Source of the DNA: an uncultured Chloroflexia bacterium
GTDB taxonomy: Bacteria; Chloroflexota; Anaerolineae; Anaerolineales; E44-bin32
Length of the DNA stretch: 64,000 nt
Assembly (NCBI GenBank): GCA_963797485.1
Contig: CAWCPF010000002.1
Coordinates: 223,217 to 287,216 of the forward strand
Direction of reading: 5' to 3'
In this document: positions 50,244 to 60,301 of the stretch, one piece after another
Layout: each line of letters starts with the position of its first letter
Numbering within the stretch: position 1 is the stretch's first letter
Translations under genes and position numbers: made by a program
The notes under the pieces: generated by a model
The model's input: the letters and a program-made list of their open reading frames with translations, nothing else
Databases searched by the model: none
Told to the model about the DNA's origin: nothing

Positions 50244-50744
50244 TCAGATCGGTTTGAACGCCTCGAAGGGCCCGCCGCAGGCATTGCATACGTGGATTGA
50301 GCGGCATTGAGTCGACCCGAAGGCGTTCGTCAGACGCGTATTCTCCGAGCCGCAGTAGGGGCAGGCCGCCGGCGCGTCCAACACCAGGCGGACTTGGCCC
50401 CGGTGAAGGGGCGGGGGCGCCAGGCCGAACGCACGCAGCTTGGTCCGCGTCTCAGGCGAAAGCCCATCGGTTGTCCAAGGAGGGTCGAAACAGAGCTCCA
50501 CCTCAACCGGTTCGTATCCAAGTCCGGCCACGGCCAGTTCAATCTGCTGGCGCATGACCTCCAGCGCCGGGCAGCCGGCGAATGTGGGCGTCATGACCAC
50601 ACGGGCGCGGCTGCCGTCCACCTCGACCTGTCGAACCACCCCTAATTCGACGACCGAGACAACCGGGATTTCCGGGTCCATGATCCCGTCCAAAGCTCGC
50701 CAGATGGCCGACGTGTCCGCCCGGCTGTCCATGCTCGCCGTCAC
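50244..50744 (-). CDS. paaD: 1,2-phenylacetyl-CoA epoxidase subunit PaaD
   Basis: An MIP18/DUF59-like DPEIPVVSVVELGVV region plus a C-terminal Cys cluster (CPYCGS...CNACG). Confidence 0.8.
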   Translation of the reverse strand: MTASMDSRADTSAIWRALDGIMDPEIPVVSVVELGVVRQVEVDGSRARVVMTPTFAGCPALEVMRQQIELAVAGLGYEPVEVELCFDPPWTTDGLSPETRTKLRAFGLAPPPLHRGQVRLVLDAPAACPYCGSENTRLTNAFGSTQCRSIHVCNACGGPFEAFKPI

Positions 50745-51508
50745 CAGGCCACCCCGGGATGTGCCCGAGCGACGGATTGCATCTCCGTCAGCAGGCCGAC
50801 CAGGTGCTCACTGTGCGCGTGCCGGGATCGAACCGGGGCGTGGTCCGCCTGTGGCGCCGGAAGGTCGATGGCCTCAAGAAATGCACCCACGTCGGACATC
50901 CAGGTCCCGCTCCAGGCGGAGAGACCCGGCAACCAGCCTTCGGCTTCCAGGTGGTCGTCTCCCGGCATGGGGTCCCACAACTGCAGGGCGAAGGGCCAGA
51001 GCTGCTCGAGGGCTGCCTGCATTCGCTGGCGGCTCTCCTGGGTGCCCAAAGCCAGACGCCGGACCCAGGATTGGGTGTGGCGCAGATGGTAGATTTCTTC
51101 CTGGGAGACCTTGGCCGCCACTTCGGCCATTGGCCGATAGGCTGATCCAGCCAGCGCCGGCAGCCACACCGCCTCGGCGGCATCGAAGAGATACTGCCTG
51201 AGCATGGAGACGGCCCAATCGCCATTCGGCAGCTCAACCAGTTGGGCGTTTCGGTAGAAGGGCGCCTCGCGCTGGAAGACCAGCTCATCCGGGTAGATTT
51301 CGGGGTCTTGTCCGATGAGCGCGGCGTGCAGCCGATACCAGAGCCAGGCGTGGCCCATCTCGTCCACGGCCAGATTGGTGAAGGCGATGTCCTCCTCCAG
51401 GATGGGCGCATGTCCGGTCCATTCGGAGTTGCGATGGGCCAGGATCATTTCATCGTCGGCCATGGCCAGCAGCCGCTCGGCGAGGCGCGCCTCGTACTCG
51501 GGCATCAC
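50741..51508 (-). CDS. paaC: 1,2-phenylacetyl-CoA epoxidase subunit PaaC
   Basis: LAMADDEMILAHRNSEWTGHAPILEEDIAFTNLAVDEMGHA. Confidence 0.8.
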   Translation of the reverse strand: MMPEYEARLAERLLAMADDEMILAHRNSEWTGHAPILEEDIAFTNLAVDEMGHAWLWYRLHAALIGQDPEIYPDELVFQREAPFYRNAQLVELPNGDWAVSMLRQYLFDAAEAVWLPALAGSAYRPMAEVAAKVSQEEIYHLRHTQSWVRRLALGTQESRQRMQAALEQLWPFALQLWDPMPGDDHLEAEGWLPGLSAWSGTWMSDVGAFLEAIDLPAPQADHAPVRSRHAHSEHLVGLLTEMQSVARAHPGVAW

Positions 51509-52044
51509 TCGCCCCCCTGCGGATCATCGGCCTGCCCAGCCTTGATCTTGCGGATCAAACTCTCCGTGCGATAGTACGACTGATGGCGGAAGGGTTTGTC
51601 CTTGGCCGCCTCGAACCACACGGCATCCTCAGCCTTCGAACTGGCGGTGATGGCCGAGTGAGGCGCCACCCACCACACCCAGGTGTCGTCCGGGAAGCTC
51701 GCCACCGCCCGCTGGAGCGCAGCGCCTGGAGAAGCGGCGGTCACCTGGCCCACCCACGCATGCTGCCCTTTTCGAGCCGGCTTGGTGAACACATCGTAAG
51801 GCGCCTCGGCCCCCTGATCGGGCGCGGCCGGCAGGCCCTCCAACCCTTGTCGGGTGACCTGGCTGATGTCCGCTGCGCGGACGACCCACAAGCTGACACA
51901 CTCCGGCCGCCGAACAAACACATCACGGGCGTGAAGCAAGGCCATTTCGGGATCGGTGGCGTGGACGGTTCCGCAGTTGAGATGAGGCGAGTCAAAAGTG
52001 TCTTGTTTGAAGACGTAAAACCGGTCGCCCTGCGAGTCGCTCAA
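51505..52044 (-). CDS. paaB: 1,2-phenylacetyl-CoA epoxidase subunit PaaB, tandemly duplicated domain (~179 aa)
   Basis: TTG start overlapping the paaA stop (GGAGG upstream). The first half has [40 protein letters not shown]. The second half has YDVFTKP..HAWVGQV...WVWWVAP...[10 protein letters not shown]. Confidence 0.7.
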   Translation of the reverse strand: MSDSQGDRFYVFKQDTFDSPHLNCGTVHATDPEMALLHARDVFVRRPECVSLWVVRAADISQVTRQGLEGLPAAPDQGAEAPYDVFTKPARKGQHAWVGQVTAASPGAALQRAVASFPDDTWVWWVAPHSAITASSKAEDAVWFEAAKDKPFRHQSYYRTESLIRKIKAGQADDPQGGE

Positions 52045-52991
52045 GCCGCCTCCGAGGCTGTGTGCCGATCCGCATACGCTTGCAGCGCCTCGCGCACCCA
52101 GCGGCCGTTCGCGTGTGCCTGCCGGCGCGCCTGTAGACGCTCGCGGTTGCACGGCCCGTGGCCGTTGATCACCTGCCAAAACTCATCCCAATCGATTTCA
52201 CCAAAGACCCAATGGCCGCCGGCCTCGTCAAAGCGCAGCGCCTCATCGGGCACCGAAAGCTCCAGCGCGTGGAGCTCGGGGATCAGATTATCGACAAAGG
52301 TTTGGCGCAGCTCATCATTGGTGCGGGTCTTGATCCCCCACCGGATCAGCTGGGGTGAATTGGGCGAGTCGGTGTCGCGCGGGCCGAACATCATCAGCGT
52401 CGGCCACCACCAGCGGTTGACGGCATCCTGGACCATCTGCTTCTGGGCGGCTGTGCCGCGCGCCATGCGGATGACCATTTCCTTCCCCTGCTTCATGTGG
52501 AAGCTCTCTTCGGCGCAGATGCGCAGGTTGGCGCGTGAGTACGGCCCATACGAACAACGCGCCAGCATGGTCTGATTCAAGATGGCCGCGCCGTCGACGA
52601 AATAGCCGATCACGCCGATATCGGCCCAGCTCAGGGTGGGGTAGTTGAAAATGTTGGAGTACTTGGCTTTCTCAGACAGCAGGGCTTCGATCAGATCCCC
52701 GCGGTCGGCGCCCAGCGTCTCGGCGGCATGATACAGATACTGGCCATGGCCGGCCTCGTCCTGGACTTTGGCCAGCAGCACCAGCTTTCGCCGCAGATTA
52801 GGGGCACGCGTGATCCAGCCGCCTTCAGGCAGCATCCCGACCACTTCGCTGTGAGCGTGCTGGGAGATCATCCGCAGGAGCTGCCTGCGGTAGGCGTCCG
52901 GCATCCAGTCGCCGGGCTCGATCTTCTCGCCCCGGGCGACGCGCGCCTCGAACTCGGTTAGCTTCTCCGGATCGAGCGCCTCGGTGTCCAT
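52041..52991 (-). CDS. paaA: 1,2-phenylacetyl-CoA epoxidase catalytic subunit PaaA
   Basis: Di-iron ligand regions are [23 protein letters not shown] and [10 protein letters not shown]. Confidence 0.85.
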   Translation of the reverse strand: MDTEALDPEKLTEFEARVARGEKIEPGDWMPDAYRRQLLRMISQHAHSEVVGMLPEGGWITRAPNLRRKLVLLAKVQDEAGHGQYLYHAAETLGADRGDLIEALLSEKAKYSNIFNYPTLSWADIGVIGYFVDGAAILNQTMLARCSYGPYSRANLRICAEESFHMKQGKEMVIRMARGTAAQKQMVQDAVNRWWWPTLMMFGPRDTDSPNSPQLIRWGIKTRTNDELRQTFVDNLIPELHALELSVPDEALRFDEAGGHWVFGEIDWDEFWQVINGHGPCNRERLQARRQAHANGRWVREALQAYADRHTASEAA

Positions 52992-53060
52992 CGGGGTGTC
53001 TTCTTTAACTTGTCTGCCGGCCACGCCCCTATTATAAGGGCATCACCCGGAGCGACCGGG

Positions 53061-53948
53061 TTAGGCTTCAGGCGGATGGCCGTCGGGCCATTCCGGGCTA
53101 TCATCCTCGGCCCAGCGCCGGCGAATCTCATCGTAGTCCGGGGGGCGTTTCTCATTGAATGCCAGCACCCCCTCGCGGGTTTCGGGGCTGGTGTTGTGGA
53201 TGGCCAGCCATTCGCGCCCATGGCCGATGGTCAGGTGCCAGCTGAGATCCCGCCAGAAGTTGAGCTGCTGTTTGGTGTAGCGGGTCTTTTCGGGGAACTT
53301 GGCGATCAGCTTCCCGGCCAGCTCATCCACCTTGGCATCGAGCTGGGCGCGCGGAACGGCGTAGTTGACCAGGCCCCACGCTTCAGCCTGGGCGGCGGGG
53401 ATCTCCTCATTGAGCAGCAGGATCTGGCGCGCGCGCCGATCGCCGACCATCAAGGGCAGGAACTGCGTCGCCCCCGCCAGAGCCACGCTGCCGTGGCTGG
53501 TGCCAACCTGACGGATGTAGATATCGTCTGCCGCCACAGCCAAATCGCAGCTCAGGTTGAACTCGTTGCCGCCCCCGACCACGATCCCATTGAGCCGGGC
53601 CAGGGTAGGCTTGCCGAGGTTGCGCAGGCGCTCGTGGCACTCGATGAAGCGCCCCATCCATTTCCAGTAGTCGCGGGGCCGTTCGAGGAATGCTTCCTGC
53701 TCCTTCAAGTCGGCTCCTGTGCAGAAAGCCCGCTCGCCTGCCCCGGTTAGCACGACGACCGCCACTTCATCGTCCCAGCTGGCGTCCAGGAAGGCGGCAT
53801 TGAGCTCCTCGAGCATGGGGCCGTTGACCGCGTTCAAGACTTCCGGGCGGTTGAGCGTTATGGTGGCGCGCAGGTTGGACTTTTCGTAGCGAATGAGCTT
53901 GAAATCGAAGGCCTCGGGAGGCCGTCCGGTGTATGTGCGATTTTCCAC
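53061..53948 (-). CDS. enoyl-CoA hydratase/isomerase (crotonase) family protein
   Basis: VVVLTGAGERAFCTGADL, GIVVGGGNEF. The specific paa step is not assignable from the sequence. Confidence 0.75.
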   Translation of the reverse strand: MENRTYTGRPPEAFDFKLIRYEKSNLRATITLNRPEVLNAVNGPMLEELNAAFLDASWDDEVAVVVLTGAGERAFCTGADLKEQEAFLERPRDYWKWMGRFIECHERLRNLGKPTLARLNGIVVGGGNEFNLSCDLAVAADDIYIRQVGTSHGSVALAGATQFLPLMVGDRRARQILLLNEEIPAAQAEAWGLVNYAVPRAQLDAKVDELAGKLIAKFPEKTRYTKQQLNFWRDLSWHLTIGHGREWLAIHNTSPETREGVLAFNEKRPPDYDEIRRRWAEDDSPEWPDGHPPEA

Positions 53949-53982
53949 GATTGTCTCTCCACGGGCGGCCGGGATCGACCCG

Positions 53983-55728
53983 TCAGGTGCCGGCAGGCGG
54001 GGGCCAGGGCTTGAAATCGCGCAAGATCGACCCGCCGATGAACTCGCGCAGGATCGAGTTGTCCGGGATCAGGCGTGTGTCGATGGGCAGGAACCACTCC
54101 AAAAACGCCAGCAGACGTTTGGCCTCGACATGCGCCGGGGTGGCATAGGCGACCTGCCGGAGCAGCGGCTCGGCCAGCGGGGCCAGAGCGGCGACTTCGT
54201 AGACCAGGGCCGAGTTGAACATCACGTCGGCGTTTTCCTGGAAGGGGAAGATGTTGGTCTTTTCGCCGCGTGCGACCGACTCCCAGCGATCGATCGTCTC
54301 GGCCGCCGTATAGCCTCGCTGGGAGGCATCGCGCACGAGGCGGCGAATCAGGCGCGTATCGGTGGTTGAGACGCGGTTGTAGCGGTCGAGGTTCAACTGA
54401 GTCAGGGCCGAGGCGTAGATGCGGAAGATCGACTCCTCGGGGATGTCGGGGACCAGGGCCGGGTTCAGGCCATGGATGCCCTCAAGGATCATGAGATGAC
54501 CTGGCGGCAGCTGGACCTCGTCACCCTCGACCTGGGCGCCGGTGGTGAAATCGTATTTTGACAGCCGCACCCGCCGGCCGAGGCTCAGCTCGCGCAGATC
54601 ATGGTTGAGGCGCGCCACGTCCAGCGCTCCCAGCGACTCATAATCCAGCTGTCCGTCCGCGCCGGCCGGGGTTTGATCGCGATCGACAAAGAAGTTGTCC
54701 AGCTCGATTGGATAGGGCGACAGGCCCAAGGACAACAACTGGATCGACAGGCGTTTGGAAAATGTCGTCTTGCCGGAGGATGACGGGCCGGCGATCAGGA
54801 TCACCCTCACCCGGTCGCTCTGCTCGGCGATCTGGGTGGCGATCTCCGAAATGCGCTGGTCGTGCAAGGCTTCGGATACCAGCACGATCTCCCGGCCGCG
54901 CTCCTTCACCAGCGCGTCGTTGAGGGTGCCGACGTTGGGGATCCCCAATTTGTCCAGCCACTCGCCATAACGGCGGAAGGTTGCCAGGAGTTTGGGGTAT
55001 TCCGGAGGCTCTTGCAGATCCGTTGGCTGATAACGCCGTGGAAACTGCAGCGTGAAGCCGTCCCCAGCCTCCGTCAGCGCAAACCACTTCAAGTAGCCCG
55101 AGCTGGGCACCATGTAGCCGTGGTGGTAATCCCAGTGATCGCCGAGCTTGTAGATCACCATGTGCGGCTTGCGCCGGTAAGTGAGCAGGCGGACCTTATC
55201 GTCGAAGCCCTTGGCCTGGAAATAGGCCATGGCCTCGGCCACGGGCATTTCCATCTTGGCGAAGGGCAAATTGGCAGCCACCATGTCTTCCATGCGGCTG
55301 GTCAGGCGCCCGAGTTCTTCAAGGGATAGGGGCGGACGGCCCGCCACCTGGCAGAAATAGCCGCCCGAAGCCACGGAATGGTCGACGTTCAAGCGGGCGT
55401 CGGGAAACATGGCCTCGAAGGCGGCGGCCAACAGGAAGGTCAGCGACCGCCGATAGATGCGCATCCCGTCGGCATCGTCCATCGTCACCGGCTGGACGTT
55501 GGCCTCCATCTCGACCGGGACGGTGAGCTCGCGCAGCAGGCCGTTGACGATGGCGCCCACGATCGGCGCACCCGATCCGGCCTGCTCTGCCAGAAAGGCC
55601 TCCAGCTGGATGCCGCGGCGGCCCTGCAAGACGCGTCCGTCGGGCAGGTGAATCTCGACCGTAGGGCTGGGCGGAACCTCCGCCACCGGCTCCTCGCCGT
55701 CGATGCGTTGAAGCTCTTCCAGGGCCAT
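53983..55728 (-). CDS. nucleoside (uridine-type) kinase with N-terminal TGS / ThrRS-like domains
   Basis: TGS-like IHLPDGRVLQGRRGI, a P-loop LIAGPSSSGKTTF, and a PRK-like C-half. I chose Met 55728 (TAGAAT 10 nt upstream) over the low-complexity extension to 55932. Confidence 0.75.
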   Translation of the reverse strand: MALEELQRIDGEEPVAEVPPSPTVEIHLPDGRVLQGRRGIQLEAFLAEQAGSGAPIVGAIVNGLLRELTVPVEMEANVQPVTMDDADGMRIYRRSLTFLLAAAFEAMFPDARLNVDHSVASGGYFCQVAGRPPLSLEELGRLTSRMEDMVAANLPFAKMEMPVAEAMAYFQAKGFDDKVRLLTYRRKPHMVIYKLGDHWDYHHGYMVPSSGYLKWFALTEAGDGFTLQFPRRYQPTDLQEPPEYPKLLATFRRYGEWLDKLGIPNVGTLNDALVKERGREIVLVSEALHDQRISEIATQIAEQSDRVRVILIAGPSSSGKTTFSKRLSIQLLSLGLSPYPIELDNFFVDRDQTPAGADGQLDYESLGALDVARLNHDLRELSLGRRVRLSKYDFTTGAQVEGDEVQLPPGHLMILEGIHGLNPALVPDIPEESIFRIYASALTQLNLDRYNRVSTTDTRLIRRLVRDASQRGYTAAETIDRWESVARGEKTNIFPFQENADVMFNSALVYEVAALAPLAEPLLRQVAYATPAHVEAKRLLAFLEWFLPIDTRLIPDNSILREFIGGSILRDFKPWPPPAGT

Positions 55729-56238
55729 TGGACCTCGGATTCTACTCGAATTCAGGCCGGCGACCGGAGTGCGGCGCATCCCTGACAGGTCATGGCGAGG
55801 GGCAGATAACCCCGAAACAATCGTTCGTGATGCCGACTCCCCGCCCGCCACTCCTGAGTCTGGCCCTTCGCCAGCTTCTGCCGCGGCCGCCTGGTTCGTC
55901 CCTTGATTCCCGGGCGCGGCTTCCCCAGACAACTCGTGGGGCAGGCGCCCCTACGGGGCTCGCAGTTACCTTGTCCCTTCGCCATGCCTCGCCCGGGTCC
56001 CGTTGGAATGGCCATGCGCTCGGATCCTCCAACCGAATTCCTGTCTTTGGCTGTTCAGAATCTATTGAGCCATGAAGCGTATGTTTGGGCTAGGACAATG
56101 ACAATCAGGCCCTGGTTATTGAGGGGAGCCGGGGCGGATGATCAGGCTCTCTGTCGGGTCATCCTTAATCGATGGGAGCGCCTGCTAAGCATGGCGCTCC
56201 CTACTTTTTCCTATTGGGACGACGTTCTCCGGCCGCGA

Positions 56239-57703
56239 TCAGGCGATGGATTTCTCCTGAGGCAGCGCCGGGCGGCAGCACAAGACCAGTTCCTTGGCGG
56301 CCTGCACCTCATCCAGCCGGCCAAAGGGCGTGGTGTGGGGCGCCGATTTCAAAGTCTCCGGTTCGGTGCGCGCCTCCTGAGCGATCTTCAGCAGCGCCTC
56401 GGCAAAGGCATCCAAGGTCTCCTTGGGCTCCGTCTCGGTCGGCTCGATCATCAGGGCTTCATGGACAATGAGCGGGAAGTAGTACGTCGGCGGGTGAAAG
56501 CCATAGTCCATCAGCCGTTTTGCGACATCGAAAGCGCGGATGCCGGGGGCATCCTCCCACTGGCCCTCGACCACGAACTCGTGCATGCAAACTCGATCGA
56601 AGGGTGCGTAGTAGGTGCCGGCCAGGCGGGATTTGAGGTAGTTGGCATTCAGTACGGCATGGTCGGCGATTTGACGCATGCCTTCCCGTCCGTACATCTT
56701 GAGATAAGCCATGGCCCGGACGAGCAGTCCGAAGTGGCCGTGGAAAGCCTTCACCCGGCCGATGGTCTTGGCGGGCGTGATCAGCGAATAGGTCGGCCGG
56801 CCTTCCGGATCGACCGTCCGCTCAACCAGGGGGGCAGGCAGGAAATCCGCCAGAGCCTGGGATGCGCCTACGGCGCCAGCCCCGGGCCCGCCTCCACCGT
56901 GCGGCGTTGAGAAGGTCTTGTGCAAGTTGTAGTGCAGGACGTCGAACCCCAGGTCCCCGGGGCGGACCACACCCAGCAGCGCGTTCATGTTGGCACCGTC
57001 GCCATACACCAGCCCGCCGCAAGCATGTACCGCTTTGACCACATCCAACACATGCTCTTCGAACAGCCCTAGGGTGTTCGGGTTGGTCAGCATCAGGCCG
57101 GCAACGGTCTCATCACAGGCGGCGCGCAGCGCTTCGAGGTCGACATTGCCTCGAGCGTCTGAAGGCAGTTCCACCACCTGCAGGCCGCTCATGGCCGTGG
57201 TGGCGGGATTGGTGCCGTGGGCCGAGTTGGGGATCAGGATCTTGACCCGGGCCGTGTCGCCCCGAGCGCGGTGGTAAGCCTTGATCATCAGGATGCCGGT
57301 CAGTTCGCCATGCGCGCCCGCCGCAGGCTGCAAACTCACCTGGGCGAAGCCGCCGATCTCCTGGAGCCAGCACTGAAGCTCATGCATCAACGCCAGATTG
57401 CCCTGCACCGTGGCTTCAGGCTGGAGCGGGTGCGAGAAGGCGAAACCCGGAAGCCGGGCGGCGTCTTCATTCAGCTTGGGGTTGTACTTCATGGTGCAGG
57501 AGCCCAAGGGGTAGATGCCGGTATCGATCGAGTAGTTGAGCTGAGAAAGCCGGACGAAATGGCGGACGGCCTGGAATTCGGATACTTCGGGCAGGGGCAG
57601 GTCGTCTCGCACCAAACCCGGCGGCAGTTCGGCCTGCGGGACATCGGGATCCGGGAAGGTCACACCGGTCCGCCCGGGCGAGGACAGTTCGTAGATCAGC
57701 GGC

Positions 57704-57711
<8 letters not shown>
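56239..57711 (-). CDS. gcvPB: glycine dehydrogenase (aminomethyl-transferring) subunit 2
   Basis: 490 aa. The PLP-lysine region is HYNLHKTFSTPHGGGGPGAG. Confidence 0.9.
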
Positions 57712-59046
<1,335 letters not shown>

Positions 59047-59047
<1 letters not shown>

Positions 59048-59439
59048 CAGTGGGCGCGCCCCTCGCAGTACTTCTCGTAGGCCGGAGCATCCATCAGGTC
59101 TTTGACCTGCGCGGCATCGGCCAGTTTGACCTTCACCATCCAGGCCTGGCCATAGGGGTCCGAGTTCAACCATTCAGGATGACCGGCCAGATCAGCGTTA
59201 ACCGCCACCAGCTCGCCCGACACCGGCATGTAGACATCCGAAGCGGCCTTGACCGACTCGACCACCGCCACGACGTCTCCCTTGTTCAGGTGCGCCCCGG
59301 GCTCGGACGTGACTTCGAAATAGACCACATCCGAAAGCTGCTCCTGGGCGAAGTCACTGATGCCAACGGTACCCTGCTCGCCTTCCACCTTGATCCATTC
59401 ATCGTTTTCGGTGTACCTGCAGTCCGCCGGAACCTTCAT
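59047..59439 (-). CDS. gcvH: glycine cleavage system H protein
   Basis: MKVPADCRYTENDEWIK...VESVKAASDVYMPVSG (the lipoyl-lysine motif). AAGGAG lies 6 nt upstream of ATG 59439. Confidence 0.9.
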
Positions 59440-59479
59440 CTGCAACTCCTTGGCGGCTCTCAGGCCGCGCTCCGTGCCA

Positions 59480-59697
59480 AATAAAAAAGAGGACGCACGT
59501 TGAATTCATGTGCGCCCTCTGTCGGGAACCTGAGAGATTTACCGCCTGTCGGCGGCTTGCCCCGTCGGTGTCTGTCGACTTTCCAGAGGCTCAGCCAGAC
59601 CGGGTCCTTTTACCTGAGAGTTTCACCCCTGCGCCGTTCGCGTGCGAGGGGCTTGCCCCTTCGGTGCCCGGGCGAACCGGGTCTCTCCCCGACCTGT
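59480..59697 (-). promoter_or_regulatory. tandem glycine riboswitch with an intrinsic-terminator expression platform
   Basis: On the minus strand, aptamer 1 is GGGGAGAGACC..GCACCGAAGGGGCAAGCC..GAAACTCTCAGGTAAAAGGAC. Aptamer 2 is CTCTGGAAAG..ACACCGACGGGGCAAGCC..AATCTCTCAGG..GACAGAGGGC. The terminator is GAGGGCGCAC-11 nt-GTGCGTCCTC-TTTTTTATT, and its 5' arm overlaps aptamer-2 P1. Confidence 0.9.
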
Positions 59698-59714
59698 CTT
59701 CAATTGTGTCTCGC

Positions 59715-59743
59715 ATTCTACGAACGGCCCTGCCTTAAGTCAA
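59715..59743 (-). promoter_or_regulatory. sigma-70-type promoter TTGACT-17-TAGAAT driving the riboswitch-gcvH-PA-PB transcript
   Basis: Read on the minus strand. The predicted TSS near 59708 lies just 5' of aptamer 1. Confidence 0.6.
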
Positions 59744-59839
59744 GCCGAGGGCGCGGTGCAAGCATGGGACAGATGTCACCAAGTGTGGGGAGGTGAGCGG
59801 ATGGGGGGCTAGAAGCTGGAGGCCGGCAGCCAGCGGCGA

Positions 59840-60265
59840 GCCTCTAGCCTCTAGCGCTGAGCACTGAGCACAGACCATTGAGTGGCGAGATTTCGAACGC
59901 TTCACTCGCCTCCCTGAGCGGAACCCGCATTACAACATAGGGAGGCAAGGGCCAAGCGACGCCCGAGCTGATCGCCTCCCTGAGCGGAACCCGCCTTTCA
60001 ACTGTGGGAGCAAAGCTTGGGGGTGCGGTGAAGTCGAAGGGCGGCCGAGTCGAATTGGAGAGCCACCCTTCGACTGCGGCGGAGGCGCCGAGAGTTCGCC
60101 CCTGGGCATCCGCTCCGCCGGAGCTTGTCCTGAGCAAAGCCGAAGGGCTCAGGGAGGCAAGAGAGCGGTGCTTAGTGCTAGTTGCTAGCTGCTCGGCGCT
60201 AGGTGCTCGGTGCTAGTTGCTCGGTGCTCGGTGCTAGTCGCTCGGTGCTCGCTGCTCAGCGTGCA
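59840..60265. repeat. MITE-like non-coding repeat element with inverted heptanucleotide-repeat arms and internal hairpin repeats
   Basis: The left arm is cctctag cctctag cgctgag cactgag cac. The right arm is ~13 heptads of nTGCTnG (60166-60262) whose reverse complement, cgctgagcagcgagcac, matches the left end. The internal 23-nt direct repeat tcgcctccctgagcggaacccgc occurs at 59906 and 59972. Hairpins are at 60033/60066 and 60129/60147. Confidence 0.6.
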
Positions 60266-60301
60266 GGGTTGAGACAGGTGTCAACGACGATCGATGAGAT
60301 C

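Noticed and set aside
55729-55932. An N-terminal extension of the nucleoside kinase ORF (MSGEAAPGNQGTNQAAAAEAGEG...).
   Set aside because: It is low-complexity, with no RBS at 55932. A -10-like TAGAAT precedes the internal Met 55728, where homology to the TGS domain begins.
60166-60262. The heptad repeat tract as a possible CRISPR array.
   Set aside because: The units are only 7 nt and contiguous with no spacers. No cas genes are present.
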